Source: Chrysomallon squamiferum
Lineage: Eukaryota > Animalia > Mollusca
Reading direction: 5' to 3'
Assembly (NCBI GenBank): GCA_012295275.1
Contig: CM022666.1
Location: 4,154,001-4,218,000, forward strand
DNA: 64,000 nucleotides
In this document: positions 41,920-56,829 of the stretch, piece by piece
How positions within the stretch are numbered: the stretch's first letter is position 1
How the letters are laid out: every line of letters starts with the position of its first letter
Position numbers and translations under genes: made by a program
The notes under the pieces: generated by a model
The model's input: the letters and a program-made list of their open reading frames with translations, nothing else
Told to the model about the DNA's origin: nothing
The model's database searches: none

Positions 41920-44900
41920 TTTAACTGAAATATATAAATAAATACTATTATCAGAAAAAAGTTGTAAAAAATCTATAGAATAATGATGATGATGATAATT
42001 CAAAGCTTTATTAATTATACATAAAATATATTAATAATCAAACATGCTTGCAAGTATTATTATTTTTTTTTAAATTTGTAACAGAAAAATGTTGTACATA
42101 AATATATAATAATACTAAAATTATAATGATGATGGTGATGGTGATAAAAAAAACTGTTTTTAATATCTAAAGTATTTTAACAATAAAACACACTTACAAC
42201 TTCTTCAAAATCCTCTCGAGCTTGATCTAGTTTTCCTTGTTTTAATAAAACATTTCCTCTTTGAACTCGAGCCTGTGGGAAAAAAATGGAAATATTACAA
42301 CTTTAATAAGTTTTTAAATATATATATATATAGACATTATATGAAAAAAAATAAAAAAATAAATGATCCAAATAATTAATAATTATACATTCTTCACTCG
42401 CATTTAGTTACTGTTATAAGTAGATATAAAATCCCGTTCCAACCTGCATCTCCTAAATCTTTCCTGTCATACTATAAAAATTTCCTTTAAAATATGGATT
42501 TGGTGGGCTTTTAGAGAAGAGATTTATAATTTAGCTGTAGATTCTCTTTCTTAGCCTGTCATAACAAACAAAAAATACATTTTTATGATAACAGTTGTCA
42601 AATTAAAACCATTTTCATTAAATATATATAATAGTGGAGAACTATTTAAATAATGGAAATTAAAAATGTAACTCAAAGCAACTCACAGCTGTAAAATCTG
42701 GTCTGAGCTCAATACAGCGATCTAGATCGGGCAAAGCAGACCTAGACTTGCCAATGGCAAGATAGACTGTAGCTCTCCGGAAGTAAGTTAAATAGTTCTT
42801 AGGGTCACCCTCTGGAAAAAAATTAAAATAATAATAAATTAATTAATTAATTAAAACATAAATGAAAACAGAAGAACAAGCAGAAGAACAGAACAGAATA
42901 AAATAAATTTCAAAATATAACTAAAATATTAAAAAAGTTGAAATTTTAATGAATGACTTTAAAAATGTGCATGTAATGATGATAATGAAAATAATAATAA
43001 TAATATTATTCCTAATAACAACAGCAATAATATTATTAACAATAACAATAGTAATAGTAAATTTTAATTACAAAATCCACAAAAAAACAAAACAAATGAA
43101 TAGACAGACTTGAGATCGTTAAGTCAGGAAATCACATGATAATTCTTAATTCCCTAAACATTGCTGAATGTGCTGTTTGCCTACATTCTCACAACATATT
43201 CACTTAAAATAAATAATAATCAACATCTTGTTATACCTTCAGGTTGTGTAATACACACCTATTTAGAGCTTTAAGAGGATTTAAAAAGCTGTAGCACTAA
43301 TACATAGCATGCAAAATTAAAGCAGTTTATTTGTGAATAGCGTACGATATAAAATACCTTGTTTGTAGTAATTCGAAATGCACAACACCTGTAATTAGTG
43401 GAAATCTGAGATTGTTATTTACCTATTGCCAGGTGATAATGAGACAGAGCTTCTGCTAGCTGCCCGGCTGCGAGTAATTTTTTTCCCATTTCCAGGTTTT
43501 TCTCAACATCAATGTTACCTCCATCAGCTCCTGTAGATACAGAAATAAATTAAAATTAAAATAATAATTAAACTGTGAAATAAATTGAAATGTAATGTAA
43601 TGTAGTGTAGTTTGATATGATATAATATAATATAATATAGTATATAATATAATATAATATAATATAATATAATATAATATAATATAATATAATATAATAT
43701 AATATAATATAATATAATATGTGGTGTGATGTGATCTAAAATAAAATAAAATAAAATAACATAAAATAAAGTAAAAGTAACAACAAACAAAAACAAAAAA
43801 AAAAAAAAAAAAAAAAAAAAAAAGCAGATGAAAAAATTTAATAAATAGAAAAATTACTAATAAACTTTAAAACATTGAAATGTCACCCACTCTACAAACT
43901 TCCATGATTTCAATTAAGTGAACAAACTTTATTAATTACATGTGATTCATTTTAATATTTCATCTGTAGAAATGTGTTAACATAATATTTGACACCTCAT
44001 AATCTACAAAGCTGTAGCAGGTTGAAGTGTTATTTAAAACATGAATTCATTCACAGTAAATTATGTATGAAAAAGGTGTGTTATCAAAAACTGGAATTTG
44101 CCCCAAGACATAATGACATATACCTTTATTTAGAACTCTGAATTATGAAATATTGCCTGAGGAAAAACATTATAAAAATAAATAATAAAAAAAATTGAAA
44201 AAGACACAACTGTGTTAGTTTTTAAACTTTGTAATCAGCAGATTTTATATTTTGTTTCTGGGAAATGGTGGTAGACATTTTGTTTTAACTGTATCTCTCT
44301 TTTTCTCTTTCTCTCTGTATGTATATTTATTAAGTATGCAGTTTTGTGTATGTGCGTGCATGTGTGCAATATATCTATATATTTGTCAATAAGATTTATA
44401 GATTTCTTAACCTGACAGAAATAAATAGATTTACTGATCCTATCTCAGCAGAGAGCAAGTAATAACCTTTGATAAATATCTTAATATTAAAAGGAATCCA
44501 TGCTGTGAACTCTCCATGACAAACTTTTTTATGCTTAACACTACAGCAGTAATCAGTAAGTTTCCAGTTATTCTGCTGTTTTGCAGTGAATGTATTAAAT
44601 CCAGAGACTAAGTATAAATTTAAGAAAGAAGGAAGGGGAAATAGACAGACAGACAGACAAAAAAAAAAAAGATTGAAAAAGAGAGAAAGAAAGAGTGAAA
44701 CAGAGAAAGAATGAATAAAAGAGAAAAAGAAAATTTAACTTACTGGATAAATAATTAAAGAGGACATATGTTATTCCAAACATTTTAAGTTATTTTAGCA
44801 ACAATAATTAAAACAAAAAAAAAACAAAAAAAACTAGTAAAAAAAATGTATATACATTTAGTGACAAGTCAGAACATTTTTATTATTGATGGCAGTATTT

Positions 44901-46230
44901 TTTAACATTGATCAGAAAATCACTGCTGTCACTTTTATACTAAACACGTATTTATATCAACTCTTATGAACTGTTGATCAGATATGATAAAAACCATAAA
45001 TATATAATAAAAAAATATAAATAAATAAATAATTTGAATAAACCACTGCTAATAGCTTTACAGTTTGCCTGGTTTAACATTTAATACACTTTTTCTGGTT
45101 GTGTGAAAGTAAAAAAAAGTGTTCATATCAAAAAGATTGTTATCTAAATAAATTGACCTTTTATTGAATAAACCTAATTTCATCTCTGAAATGAAAAAAT
45201 AACAAAAATTAAATAAAATTAAAAATAATTAACTTACTGACTGCAATATGAGATCTAATACAAATGATCTTTTTTTTTTACAAAATTTCTAATTATATCA
45301 GACCAAAATGTTTTTATTGGTTGTTGTTTTTTTAATTTGAAAACTGAACTATCTCACAGACAGAAAAATACATATTGTTATATTATACATTTTTAATACA
45401 CATAGGTGGAACAGGAAACAATTTGATAAGCACCAGGTGAGGACTGATCCTGCATCCTATCACTCCCATGTTTGTTAAAAAATAAAAAATTTAAAATTGC
45501 AAGAATCAGTATATATTAATTTTTTTTTATATTATATAAAACAAAGATACAGGTTTATTTTAACATTCATTTATTTTTATTTTTTTTGTAATGTAATTTA
45601 AAATGAGTCTATTATAATATTTTGAGAATAGAAAATATATTTAATCTTGTTTTTGAGGCCCACAACCTTTAATAATAATAAAGTATTACCATGATATAAG
45701 TATGAAAAAAAAAAAAAAAAAAAAGGGATGAAGGTTGTCATTTTAAAAACCTTGTTCCATGACAGCCATTTCTTATCGTGCATTTTTTACACTACAGCAA
45801 ATAGAGACAAACAAACTGAAAGATACAGCAAATTTTACAAATAATTTACCCGTTCCTGCCAGTTGGATTACTGTTTTGATACAAAATGGAGAAAATCAAT
45901 TAGTTTTACTGTAATTAGCCTTGAACCAGACTCACCACTGCCTGTTTTATAGTTAATGTTTTTAACACAGTCACTGCAGCAGCTGATAAAATGTGTAGTT
46001 TGAAAACATGTAGGTCATTGCTGTCTCTTTTAGAATTATTCATGAAATGCCCATGCATTCTAACATAAAGTTTTTTTTTTCATTTTTTTATTTTTTTTTA
46101 TAAAATAATAATAATCAAAACAACAAAAAGTTCTATTTAGAATTATTCATGAAATATTCATGCATTTCATATCATTTTTGACATTTTTTTTATTAATATA
46201 TATATCCACACAAACACACACACACACATC

Positions 46231-46272
<42 letters not shown>

Positions 46273-46960
46273 ATATATTTTTTGCATTCATTCTTTTTTT
46301 TTTGAGACCCCCAGCCTTTTATAATAATAAAGTATTATCATGATATGAGTATGAGAAAAAAATAAAAAATATATATATATATTAAAATCAAGTACCAACA
46401 GCATAATTCAGTTATTAAAGAATGAGATACAAAACCAATCCACCATGATATAAGTTAGATTTACTCAGAATCTAAAAGAATGAATGAAAAAAATATATCA
46501 CCACCTGTGACATGACAATACAGGTAACTAGAATGGGCAATAACATTTAAAAAATCAATTCTAAGATTTATCATTCCCTGTGGGGTGATCTAACAACAGA
46601 TACATAAGTATACGCACAGTCTAGTTAAATGTACATCCATGTGTTAATTAAAACATAAAAAAAAATGATTGTAAAAGCTTATGTCATCTTGTATTTATCA
46701 TTTTCTCAAAATTTCAAGCTGTTTTAATCAAAGGAGCAATCATGTATTTCTCTGTACACATTTGTTATGAAGCATCTATCAAGTAATGATACCTATTATG
46801 TAGGTTAATGTTTTTTTTAAATTGTGGATTTGTAAAACAAAATAATTAAATTGTGACATACACTCTCCAAAATAAACAAGAAGAAGTAAATAAAAATAAA
46901 TAAATAAAAAATAAAATAAACAGTTATTTAACAAGTTCATACTGATTATGTAACAATTCT

Positions 46961-47025
<65 letters not shown>

Positions 47026-48414
47026 CACATATACTGTCAAATTATATAACAAAAAATCATAATTAACTACTATATTCTAACTGAAAAGCAGTTTAACAAC
47101 AGTAATATATATATATATATATATATAAAAATATATAAAATTAAAAGTTATATTACCATCTGTTGTCAGATTATATAAACAACAACAATAAAAATTGGTG
47201 AGAAAATTTGGAGAAATAACTTTAGTGGAATACACTAATAACAGAGACCTACAGAACAGTGAAAAATAAAAGAAACGTCCAATTCAGCTAAAGACTGCTA
47301 ATCAGTATTTTCAAATTAATCATTAGAATTGTTATAGAAAACAAACATTTTCCATCTTTTCCCCCCAGAATTATAACTAAATTTTAAAAAAATTTTAAAA
47401 AAAAGAAAAAGAAATAAAAAGTAACTACTGTATATTTGATGAAGATATGTATCCCATACTTAAAATATTATTATATAAGGTAGATAATTTACAATTTTGG
47501 TATATCTGTGTCCATCAGTTAATTATATTATGTAAAACAATAATCATTCATTTAAAAACATCTGTATGGGTACTCTGGAGAACAGACACAACACTTTCCT
47601 ACTAACTGAACTTCAAGAACTCAGATCTGCAGCAATGTCACTTTTAACTTTTTTGAACTGAATTGTATACATATACTTACAAACTAACAAAATATTTCAA
47701 AGATTTGTTTTTGTTAATTTATTAGATTATCATTTGTTTTGTGACTGTAGGTAGGTTATTTGTTTGTTGTTTTTTGTTGTTGTTTTTTTTTTTTACCTGA
47801 AAATGACAACAAAAAATGTAAATGTCATAGTTATTTTGAACTGTTACAAGTGTTAGCAAAATGACTTCATTTGATACATACTGGTACAGGTATAATTATA
47901 TCTATGTACATATAAATGAGTGTGGATACATGAGTTTGTATAATTGTTTTTCATCTTAACGCTATTAAAAAAAAAAAAAAATGTCAAATCCTTTTTTGCG
48001 AAGTTGTGATACTGAAGTATACATTATCATGATTAAGAATTTAAATAATTGTTTAAGAGTTTTCAAAACGGTGCCTTTTAAACATTGCTGCTCTTAATTA
48101 TTAACGGTCTTAAATAAATATCTTTCTCATATTATATTATTTTAGAAAATAAAAATTATTTGTTTCTGACGAAATGTCACTATGGGGTGTCGAATGTGTC
48201 AAGTTCCACTCTATCTTCGTTCACAACCTATTACCATAGATGTTACAACGTTACCAAAGTGAAAGTACCTGGTTGCCATAAGCATCTTTAACTACTCTCT
48301 ATGAACGGGAAATGTTGTTCCATTTCTAAAAAACAATAAAATCTTACCATCTAAACAGAAGTCAATTAAAATGAAGAGCGAAATTGACTGCAGAACTTGA
48401 ATCGGCGGCTGCAT
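36157..48414 (-). CDS. DNAJC3: DnaJ homolog subfamily C member 3 (P58IPK), ER TPR + J-domain co-chaperone; 11 coding exons: 48348-48414, 43423-43530, 42687-42811, 42198-42272, 41113-41256, 40159-40340, 38873-39098, 38070-38190, 37527-37659, 36861-37006, 36157-36284
   Basis: Signal peptide (..ISLFILIDFCLDG); LEMGKKLLAAGQLAEALSHYH; GDPKNYLTYFRRATVYLA; RECLKLDPDHKDC; KRDYYKILGVKR; WHPDK; FIDLAAAKEVLTDPEKRQRFDNGEDPLDPE; C-terminal FKFHFN*. All GT-AG with consistent phases. Confidence 0.97.
37303..37555. repeat. ~39-bp minisatellite (~6 copies) spanning the DNAJC3 exon 9 / intron 9 junction
   Basis: Unit approximately TTTACATACxTTTTAACACCTAATATTTTGTAATAAAA; the rightmost copy is the real exon end (YYKILGVKR) plus donor. 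Confidence 0.8.
38485..38855. repeat. Degenerate ~28-bp tandem repeat (core AGAGTTATGTCCCTT / AGAGTTAATTCCCTT) in DNAJC3 intron 7
   Basis: About a dozen recurrences of gtta(a/t)(g/t)tccctt at ~27-30 bp spacing. Confidence 0.75.
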
Positions 48415-48489
48415 AACTTGATTTATTTAAGGACACCTCAGCATTTACAAGTTACATCGCTAGCGTTTATACATATCTCCGTCAGCACT

Positions 48490-48508
48490 CGTGGTCAACC
48501 TCGATTGG
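48490..48508 (-). promoter_or_regulatory. ER stress response element (ERSE), CCAAT-N9-CCACG, upstream of DNAJC3
   Basis: Plus strand cgtgg-tcaacctcg-attgg reads CCAAT CGAGGTTGA CCACG on the gene strand, 76 bp upstream of the ATG; exact NF-Y/ATF6 consensus. Confidence 0.85.
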
Positions 48509-48739
48509 ATGAAACTATTACTTCCGGGTCAACGTGGGTGTAAATCCCTCCTCTTTGCTAGAAACCGTTCGTGGCGTTTTAAGAATCCATTGAGATTTTC
48601 GAATGATTAGATCCTTTTCGATACGTCTAAGATAAACCGGTAGAGAAAATATTCCACATCTTCATAAAATGTGTGGATATTTCTCCTTTCTTTTAGTTGT
48701 GTCATTTTCCGACTGAGATACTTTATTAATAATAAATAA

Positions 48740-48812
<73 letters not shown>

Positions 48813-50145
48813 AACTACTACCTTTAATAATTAAATTAAAACATTAAAATGTATAAGAATCAGTCTGCTAAGATCAGTGTAGTCCGTAATGTGCGGGGAA
48901 CGTTTTGATTTTATTTATTTATTTATTATTTTTGTTGTTTAGTTTGTTTTGATACAAATCATGTCATTTACATATAGTAATAGTTTATATAAAAATGCGT
49001 TGATCAATAGATAAATATAAAGATTAATCATTTATGAGTGTCATTGCGTACTTAGTGGATGTTAACTGTCTTTACTTCTTCTTGTTCAGACAGTGCTAGA
49101 AAACAGAAAATCGGTCCACCAAGTACGCGATGACGTCACAACAAGATTTTATTTAACTTTACTTATTCGTTATTAACAGGACGGGGAGGGGGAATTAAAT
49201 ATACAGAATAAATTTAGACTTTCTTTGTATGAACTTCAAATACATATATATATTCGAGATAAGCAGTTTAATTATGCTGTATATGCAATGGGTGTATATG
49301 CTTATTTGATAAATCCACTATTTCACCATAAAACAGATACTGACACAGTGAAATGATAAATATAAATAATATTATACAACTCCGAGTTTTGTTCTGTTAA
49401 CTCATTATGAAATTAGGTGTTTGCGAAGCCTTGATAAGCGTGATATTTTTACTTAATTTATTATTATTATTTTTAAAGTGTCAATTCAGTAAATATATTA
49501 CTGACAGTTTAAGAAAAATCTATCATCTGTCTTAAAATAAGATATCAGTTCAGTAATATCATATTGTAATATAAAATGTAACTAAATATTTATTTTTGCT
49601 AATTAAAAAAAAAAAATTGTCATTTAAAATACATACACACATACATACATACATACATACATATACACATAAAAATAAAATAATCACACACTTTTCAGAG
49701 AATATTCGTTTTAACTAACATTGTCAGCTGATATAATTATCTAGTCAAACAAGCGTACACACACACACACAGACATGTATAGATAAACAAAACGAAAGTA
49801 AAAATTAACAAATTTTATTAACTATTTGTATGTGATATGATGCAATATGTGATTTGATACAGTACCAACCAAATAAGACACAAAACAAAAAGACAACAGA
49901 ATTTGTAAAATTAGATTAAATAAAGTAATATAATAACAATAAAATCTCTTTTACTTAAGATTATTGACGGAAGCACTAAGATCACCTGTAAACGTTTTCT
50001 GAACATTCAGTTTTGTAATTTCATACATATTACTGAAGAATAACGTTTTCTTTTTTTAAATTCAAGTGACCCTGTTAAATATAATATAATTTTTGCAATA
50101 AAATTAAAATAAATAAATCATTGGTATATAGAGAAATAATAATCT

Positions 50146-50176
<31 letters not shown>

Positions 50177-50262
50177 AGACGTGAAAAATCAATAATATCA
50201 GAATTTGGACGTTTCAGTTTAATTTCTACTTTTCTTATTTATTTATTTGTTTTTTGACAATC

Positions 50263-50323
<61 letters not shown>

Positions 50324-50517
50324 TAATAATAGTAATTAAATCAGAGACCGTTTTTTTCAAAGATTTCATGATTTTGTGAAACAGTCTATTCTAGTAAGTA
50401 GCGAAGCGTGTTGGTTTCTTCTTTGTTTTATTAGAATTATTCTTGCGACAGTTAATCATAATCTGAAAAAAATAAAATAAAGGTAAAACATTAATCAAGA
50501 AAATCATTTAAGGTAAC

Positions 50518-50519
<2 letters not shown>

Positions 50520-50557
<38 letters not shown>

Positions 50558-51420
50558 GCAGAAGGAGAAGAAGAAGAAGAGAAGAAGAAGATAATAATAA
50601 TAAAATTAGTGGTAGTAGTAGTAGTAATAGTAGTGGTAGTAGTAGGAGTAGTGGTAGTAGTAGTAGTAATAGTAGTAGTGGTAGTAGTTGTTGGAGTAGT
50701 AGTAGCGGTAGTATTAGTAGTGGTAGTAGAAGTAGTAGTGGTAGTAGTAGTAGTGGTAGTAGTAGTAGTAGTAGTAGTAGTAAAGGAAGTAGTAGTAATA
50801 GTAGTGATAGTAGTAGTAGTAGTGGTAGTAGTAGTAGTAGTGGTAATAGTAGTAGTAGTGTAAAAGTAGTAGTAGTAGTAGTAAAGGTGGTAGTAGTAGT
50901 AGTAGTAGTAGTAATAGTGGTAGTAGTAATAGTAGTAGTAAAGGTAGTAGTAGTAGTAGTAGTAAGTAGTAATAGTAATAGTGGTAGTAGTAATAGTAGT
51001 AGTAAAGGTAGTAGTAGTAGTAGTAGTAGTAGTAATAGTAATAGTGGTAGTAGTAATAGTAGTAGTAAAGGTAGTAGTAGTAGTAATAGTAATAGTGGTA
51101 GTAGTAGTAGGAGTAGTAGTTGTAGTAGAAGTAGGAGTAGTAGTGGTAGTAGAAATAGTAGTAATAGATGTAGTAGTAGTGGTAGTAATAGTGGTAGTAG
51201 TAGTAGTAGTAGTAGTGGTAGTAGTAGTAGTAATAGTAGTGGTAATAGTAGTAGTTGTAGTAGTGGTAGTAGTAATAGTAGTAATAATGGTAGTAGTAGT
51301 AGCAGAAGTGGTAATAGTAGTAATAGTAGTGATAGTAGAATAGTGGTAGTAATAGTAGTGGTAGTGGTAATGGTAGTAGTAGTAGTAGTGGAAGTAGTAG
51401 TAGTAATAGCAGCAGCAGCA
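50520..51420. repeat. Compound trinucleotide microsatellite (TAA/GAA/TAG/TGG)
   Basis: Directly visible; source of the poly-T/V/S/Y ORFs. Confidence 0.95.
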
Positions 51421-51704
51421 GGGGTAGTATTTTAAACAGAACATAATTAAATACTTACCAAAATTATCGACTTTACTTTTCTTATATTTAAAAAAAATGA
51501 AATGTACCAGTCAGTCTGCCTCTTTCCTTCTCTGTATCTCATTACCTTTTTCTTTTGCACACATATATCTCTCTATCTCACTATCTACCTATCTGTTTCC
51601 ATGTGTATCTTTCTTTCGCCTTATCTCCAACCTTCTCTCTTTTCCTATCTCCATATATTTCTCAGTCTCTGTCTTTCTCTCTCTCCAACTTGCTTTATCT
51701 CTCT

Positions 51705-52270
<566 letters not shown>

Positions 52271-53752
52271 CATACATATATATATATACATTCATACATA
52301 CATACACACATACATATATGTATGTATGTGTGTCTGTGTGTGCTGTGTATGTGTATGTTTCTGTTTAATTTTTAGTTTAATCCATCTCTTGACTGTGTTT
52401 TCGACAATATATATATATATATATATATACACTCTAAATGTCATTTGATACATAGAAACCCATATATATATATATTTACAAACATACATACATACATACA
52501 TACATACATACATACGTACGTACATTCATACATACATATATACAGACAGACAGACAGATACAATTATATATAATAGTGAGAAAATGACGCAGAGAAGCAG
52601 AAGGTCATAGATAAAGTATGCGATCAATACTTTCTACGTAAATAAATGTAGTTATAACAATTTTTACGTGTTAGTATGCGATTGGTTAGATGTATAAGAA
52701 GAACTAACTGAAGCGGAACTTATTACATTTTGATATATCTATTTAATTATATTTTTATAACTTTCAACCTTTAATGGTTTCCCATCACAGTTTTATTTAA
52801 CTAGGAAACCATCCCAAATTCACCAAGTTTTATTAATTCTAAATAGTCATATTTCTAATTTATTCTAAGCTCTGCTAATGAAAACACAAATATTTGGTCA
52901 TATTAATCTTTATATGATATATCACGAACAAATTGCTAAGTTGTTTATTTGACAATGCTCTGGGATGTAAGCACAAAAAATATACTTATTTATTCATTCG
53001 CCGACATACATAGATAGATGATTTTGAGAAACTGAATAAAAGTAAAAACACAAGTATCTCGGAGTACACCTTTACAGTATCTCCTTCCCACAATGAACTA
53101 AGAAATAACTGTTGATTTATTTACTTTTAAAAATAAAAGAAAATATCACTTAGTGAAAAAGGGCTTGTGTTTGTACATCTACGTATGTCGAAGAGTATGC
53201 AGTAAAAATAGTTTATAAAACGTCAGAAAACATTTATATAATTATTTCGTTACTGTGTTTATAGAAAAACAGATAAATAGACATTAATTATTGCACGCTT
53301 TGGTCAGGGAGATCTCCCTCATTTATATTTATTATTAAAACTAGCTAATAGTAAAGGCAGGCATTACAGTGTCATTCATGGGTGCGTCTTTGAAATTATA
53401 TGCATGTATTTTATCTACATACTAACAAAACAATACTGTCGAACAAAACTTGAGGGTACATTTATCAATTAATTTAGAATGAAGTAAGAAAAAATCATTA
53501 TAATTACCTGTGTACTTGTATCAGAATACCCGAAGTTCGTTTTCGAGAATGTAAACAGCGATTCTAGTTGTATGACCTAGATATACCTGTATTACAGGTA
53601 CACCCTTAAATTCTAACAGAAGAGTCATTCAAGCGGAACGATATGAAAGAGTGGATAAAGATGGAGTTCGGATTCGGAATGCTTTTTGGTGTCGTTAGAA
53701 ATCATTTAACACACTACAACAACAACAGTAAAAAATAAAATAAATAAATAAA

Positions 53753-53801
<49 letters not shown>

Positions 53802-53886
53802 TGTGTTAGTATTACTGTACGCATGTAACTATATATGACGTTTCTATAATTAAGTTCACACTTAATATAAATTAAAACCACTCAAA

Positions 53887-53926
<40 letters not shown>

Positions 53927-54162
53927 GTATATGTATATAAACATTAAAACAAGTAATTAAAGAACAATAAATTTGTAATATTTTATGGCATTTTGTGAAT
54001 ACTATATTTATATTAGTTAATGCTGAATGACAGCAACAGTTACAGTGTAATTTGAAGCAATTAAAATGTATCGCTGAAGTAAAATTTAATTTTGTACACT
54101 TTATGATGATTATTTTCAAATAAAATAAAATAAAATAAAAACGAAGGAAAAGCACCAAAGAA

Positions 54163-54240
54163 AACGGAAGTGATGCTACAAGATATTCTCAAAACCATTA
54201 ATAGATTCCCACATCACTTCCGGGTATTTCCCAAGATGGC
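54163..54240 (+). promoter_or_regulatory. Housekeeping-type core promoter motifs of SPRYD7 (two ETS-like sites, YY1-like site over the ATG)
   Basis: ACGGAAGTG at ~54164, CACTTCCGGG at 54215-54224, CAAGATGGC at 54232-54240. Confidence 0.45.
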
Positions 54241-54615
54241 AGAATGTTTTTGTTGTTTTCGCTGCTGCTGGGATGGAGCCGGTTTTAAACATATTCCACT
54301 CAGAGAACTTCCAACAGTCAAACTGGATACTTCTCAGATGGGTTAGTTTTATTATTTTTTACCTGCCATATTCTATTTCACTTCGTACTTTTTAAATTCT
54401 AGGCACCGCAATATGGAAAAATTATTTTTCTTAATCAGTTAAACTTAATGTTAATATTTTCTATTTCCTTATGCAAGTTATGGCTATCAAGATTTTAGTG
54501 TTATTCTTTTATATATTTATTCTGTGGTTTCATATATCCTGCACGCTAAAATAATAAAATATCTTAACCCTTTTTATCCATTATTTATGATTTCTATTGA
54601 ATTATTTACATTTTT

Positions 54616-54671
<56 letters not shown>

Positions 54672-55456
54672 TTTTCTAGGAAATGATGTTGTGATAGTCA
54701 AGAATGGTCGGCGAATATGTGGAACAGGAGCTGCATTGGCAAATGCTCCAATTGCCCAGAATAAAGCATACTTTGAAATTAAAGTTCAGAGTTCAGGTAG
54801 TTAAATTTTGAATAATGAATTAGTAGCTTAAAAACCGTGAGTGTTAAATGAAAATTTTCTTTGTGATATTATGTTTAAAAAGCAGAGGGAAAAAGAATGC
54901 TATTGATATATATATATGTATAATTGAAATGATAATCATATTGCTTGGTTATTTTTTGGTTTCAAAGTATTAGGCATATTTTAAAATAATTTAATAATTG
55001 AATTTATACAAATACCTTTATGCCTTTATATGGAATCAGAGAACATACTGGTTTATAATTCTTTTCATATAAAATCAATTATCTGGGTTACATATGTATA
55101 ACATTTATCAGTAATTGTCTTCCATTTTTGTAAATTTTGTTTCCATCATAATTTATATGTTATAAATACAACACAAGAATATAGTTATTCTGATTGTTCG
55201 CTTGTTTGCAGGTATGTGGGGTGTGGGCCTGGCGACACAAAAGTGCAATGTGAATGTGACTCCAAAGGGAACTGTACAGAATCCTGGGTTTTAAGAAACG
55301 ATGGGTCTTTGTACCATGATTCACAAGAAAAAGGAAAATTACCAGTGATACCTGAGGAAGGCGATATAGTGGTAAAAAATATATAAATATAAAAATTAAC
55401 ACATCAGTAATTGTAGTAGTAATAATAACAAAAATAATAATAACAAAAAAAACAAC

Positions 55457-55487
<31 letters not shown>

Positions 55488-55711
55488 GATGATGATAATA
55501 ACACAGGTTGAGGATCCTGATATCAAAAACTCTCTGTGAGCAGCTGACATAGTGATATATAACAGTTTAGCATACACATACTTTATTTGTTGAACAAAAT
55601 TATTAAAAATATTACATAAAAAATACTGAAAACTATCTGTATACAGTATATATATGAAATGTAAATCTGAAAAGCTTCTGCAATCCAAAACAAATCCAGT
55701 CTGAAGCATTT

Positions 55712-55767
<56 letters not shown>

Positions 55768-56658
55768 AGAAATAAGAAACAGAAAAGGAAAAAAAAAATT
55801 AATTAATAACAGGATAATTTAGAATTCACCAAATATATTGATGTTTTTACACATACTGAAAATCACTTTCCAAATATATACACTGCATTATAACTGAATC
55901 TGTGGGATTCCACATCACATTTTCTGTGTTCCAATACAACGTCTGGGTATCATCTACATCTACTGTAGTTAAAATTCTCCCATTTAAACGACACAACCCA
56001 TTTCACTCGTGAAGAGGTAACCAGAATAATTTAGAATTCGTGACAAATACATTTACGTGAATATTACACAGTGATAAAAATTAGTTACAGAATAATCTGA
56101 AATTAGCCAAACAAGAATAATGTTATTATTTATTGAGTAATAAGGTTAAGAAATTGTTGTTTTTTTCATTTCAGGGTGTCTCGTATGATCATGTGGATTT
56201 AAATTTCTTTGTGAATGGGATTGCAGCAAACTGCCCTCTGTTGGGAATCAAGGGAACTGTTTTTCCCATATTTTATGGTATGTATTAAAGATGTCAGTTC
56301 AGTGCTATTTTCAGTAGATTGAAATTGATACTTCCAGATTCAAAAACAACTAACAAAAATTCAGTTAAAAAAAAAAAATATATATATATTTATATATTGT
56401 TTATAAAGTGGAATTTGAATAAGTAATAATCTTTCTAGTATTGAAAGCATCATACCAGTATTCATTTTGATCTGACTCGATTATCAATGAATGCTAGTAT
56501 TTAGTTTTGATTTTTAAACTTGATATTATGTAGATATGTTTGGACTGTGTGTGTGTGTGTGCACCATATACCAACATTTAATTATAATATAACTTGGGAT
56601 ATCACTCACAGAATTAAATTCCAAGGAAATATAATAAGAAAATGGATAATTCCATGAC

Positions 56659-56701
<43 letters not shown>

Positions 56702-56829
56702 ACAGCATATTAATTTATTTTTGTTTTTCAGTGGACGATGGTGCTGTCTTGGATGTTCAGTTTGACAAGTTTTATCATCAGCCACCAGACGGATTTGATC
56801 CCATTATGATTGAGCAGTCACTGTTATAG
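54236..56829 (+). CDS. SPRYD7: SPRY domain-containing protein 7; exons 54236-54341, 54680-54796, 55212-55371, 56175-56277, 56732-56829
   Basis: MAECFCCFRCC..HIPLRELPTVKLDTSQMGNDVVIVKNGRRICGTG..QNKAYFEIKVQSSGMWGVGLATQK..LRNDGSLYH..EGDIVGVSYDHVDLNF..GTVFPIFYVDDGAVLDVQFDKFYHQPPDGFDPIMIEQSLL*, colinear with vertebrate SPRYD7. One base is missing near 55264-55275 in exon 3. Confidence 0.95.

Noticed and set aside
45650-46360. ~60-bp local duplication in DNAJC3 intron 1 (a similar pair lies at 58730-59070)
   Set aside because: Ordinary small tandem duplications in AT-rich non-coding DNA.
50491-51444. 317-aa Thr-rich mucin-like ORF
   Set aside because: Compound (TAG/TAA) microsatellite with low-complexity ORFs on both strands; no signal peptide.
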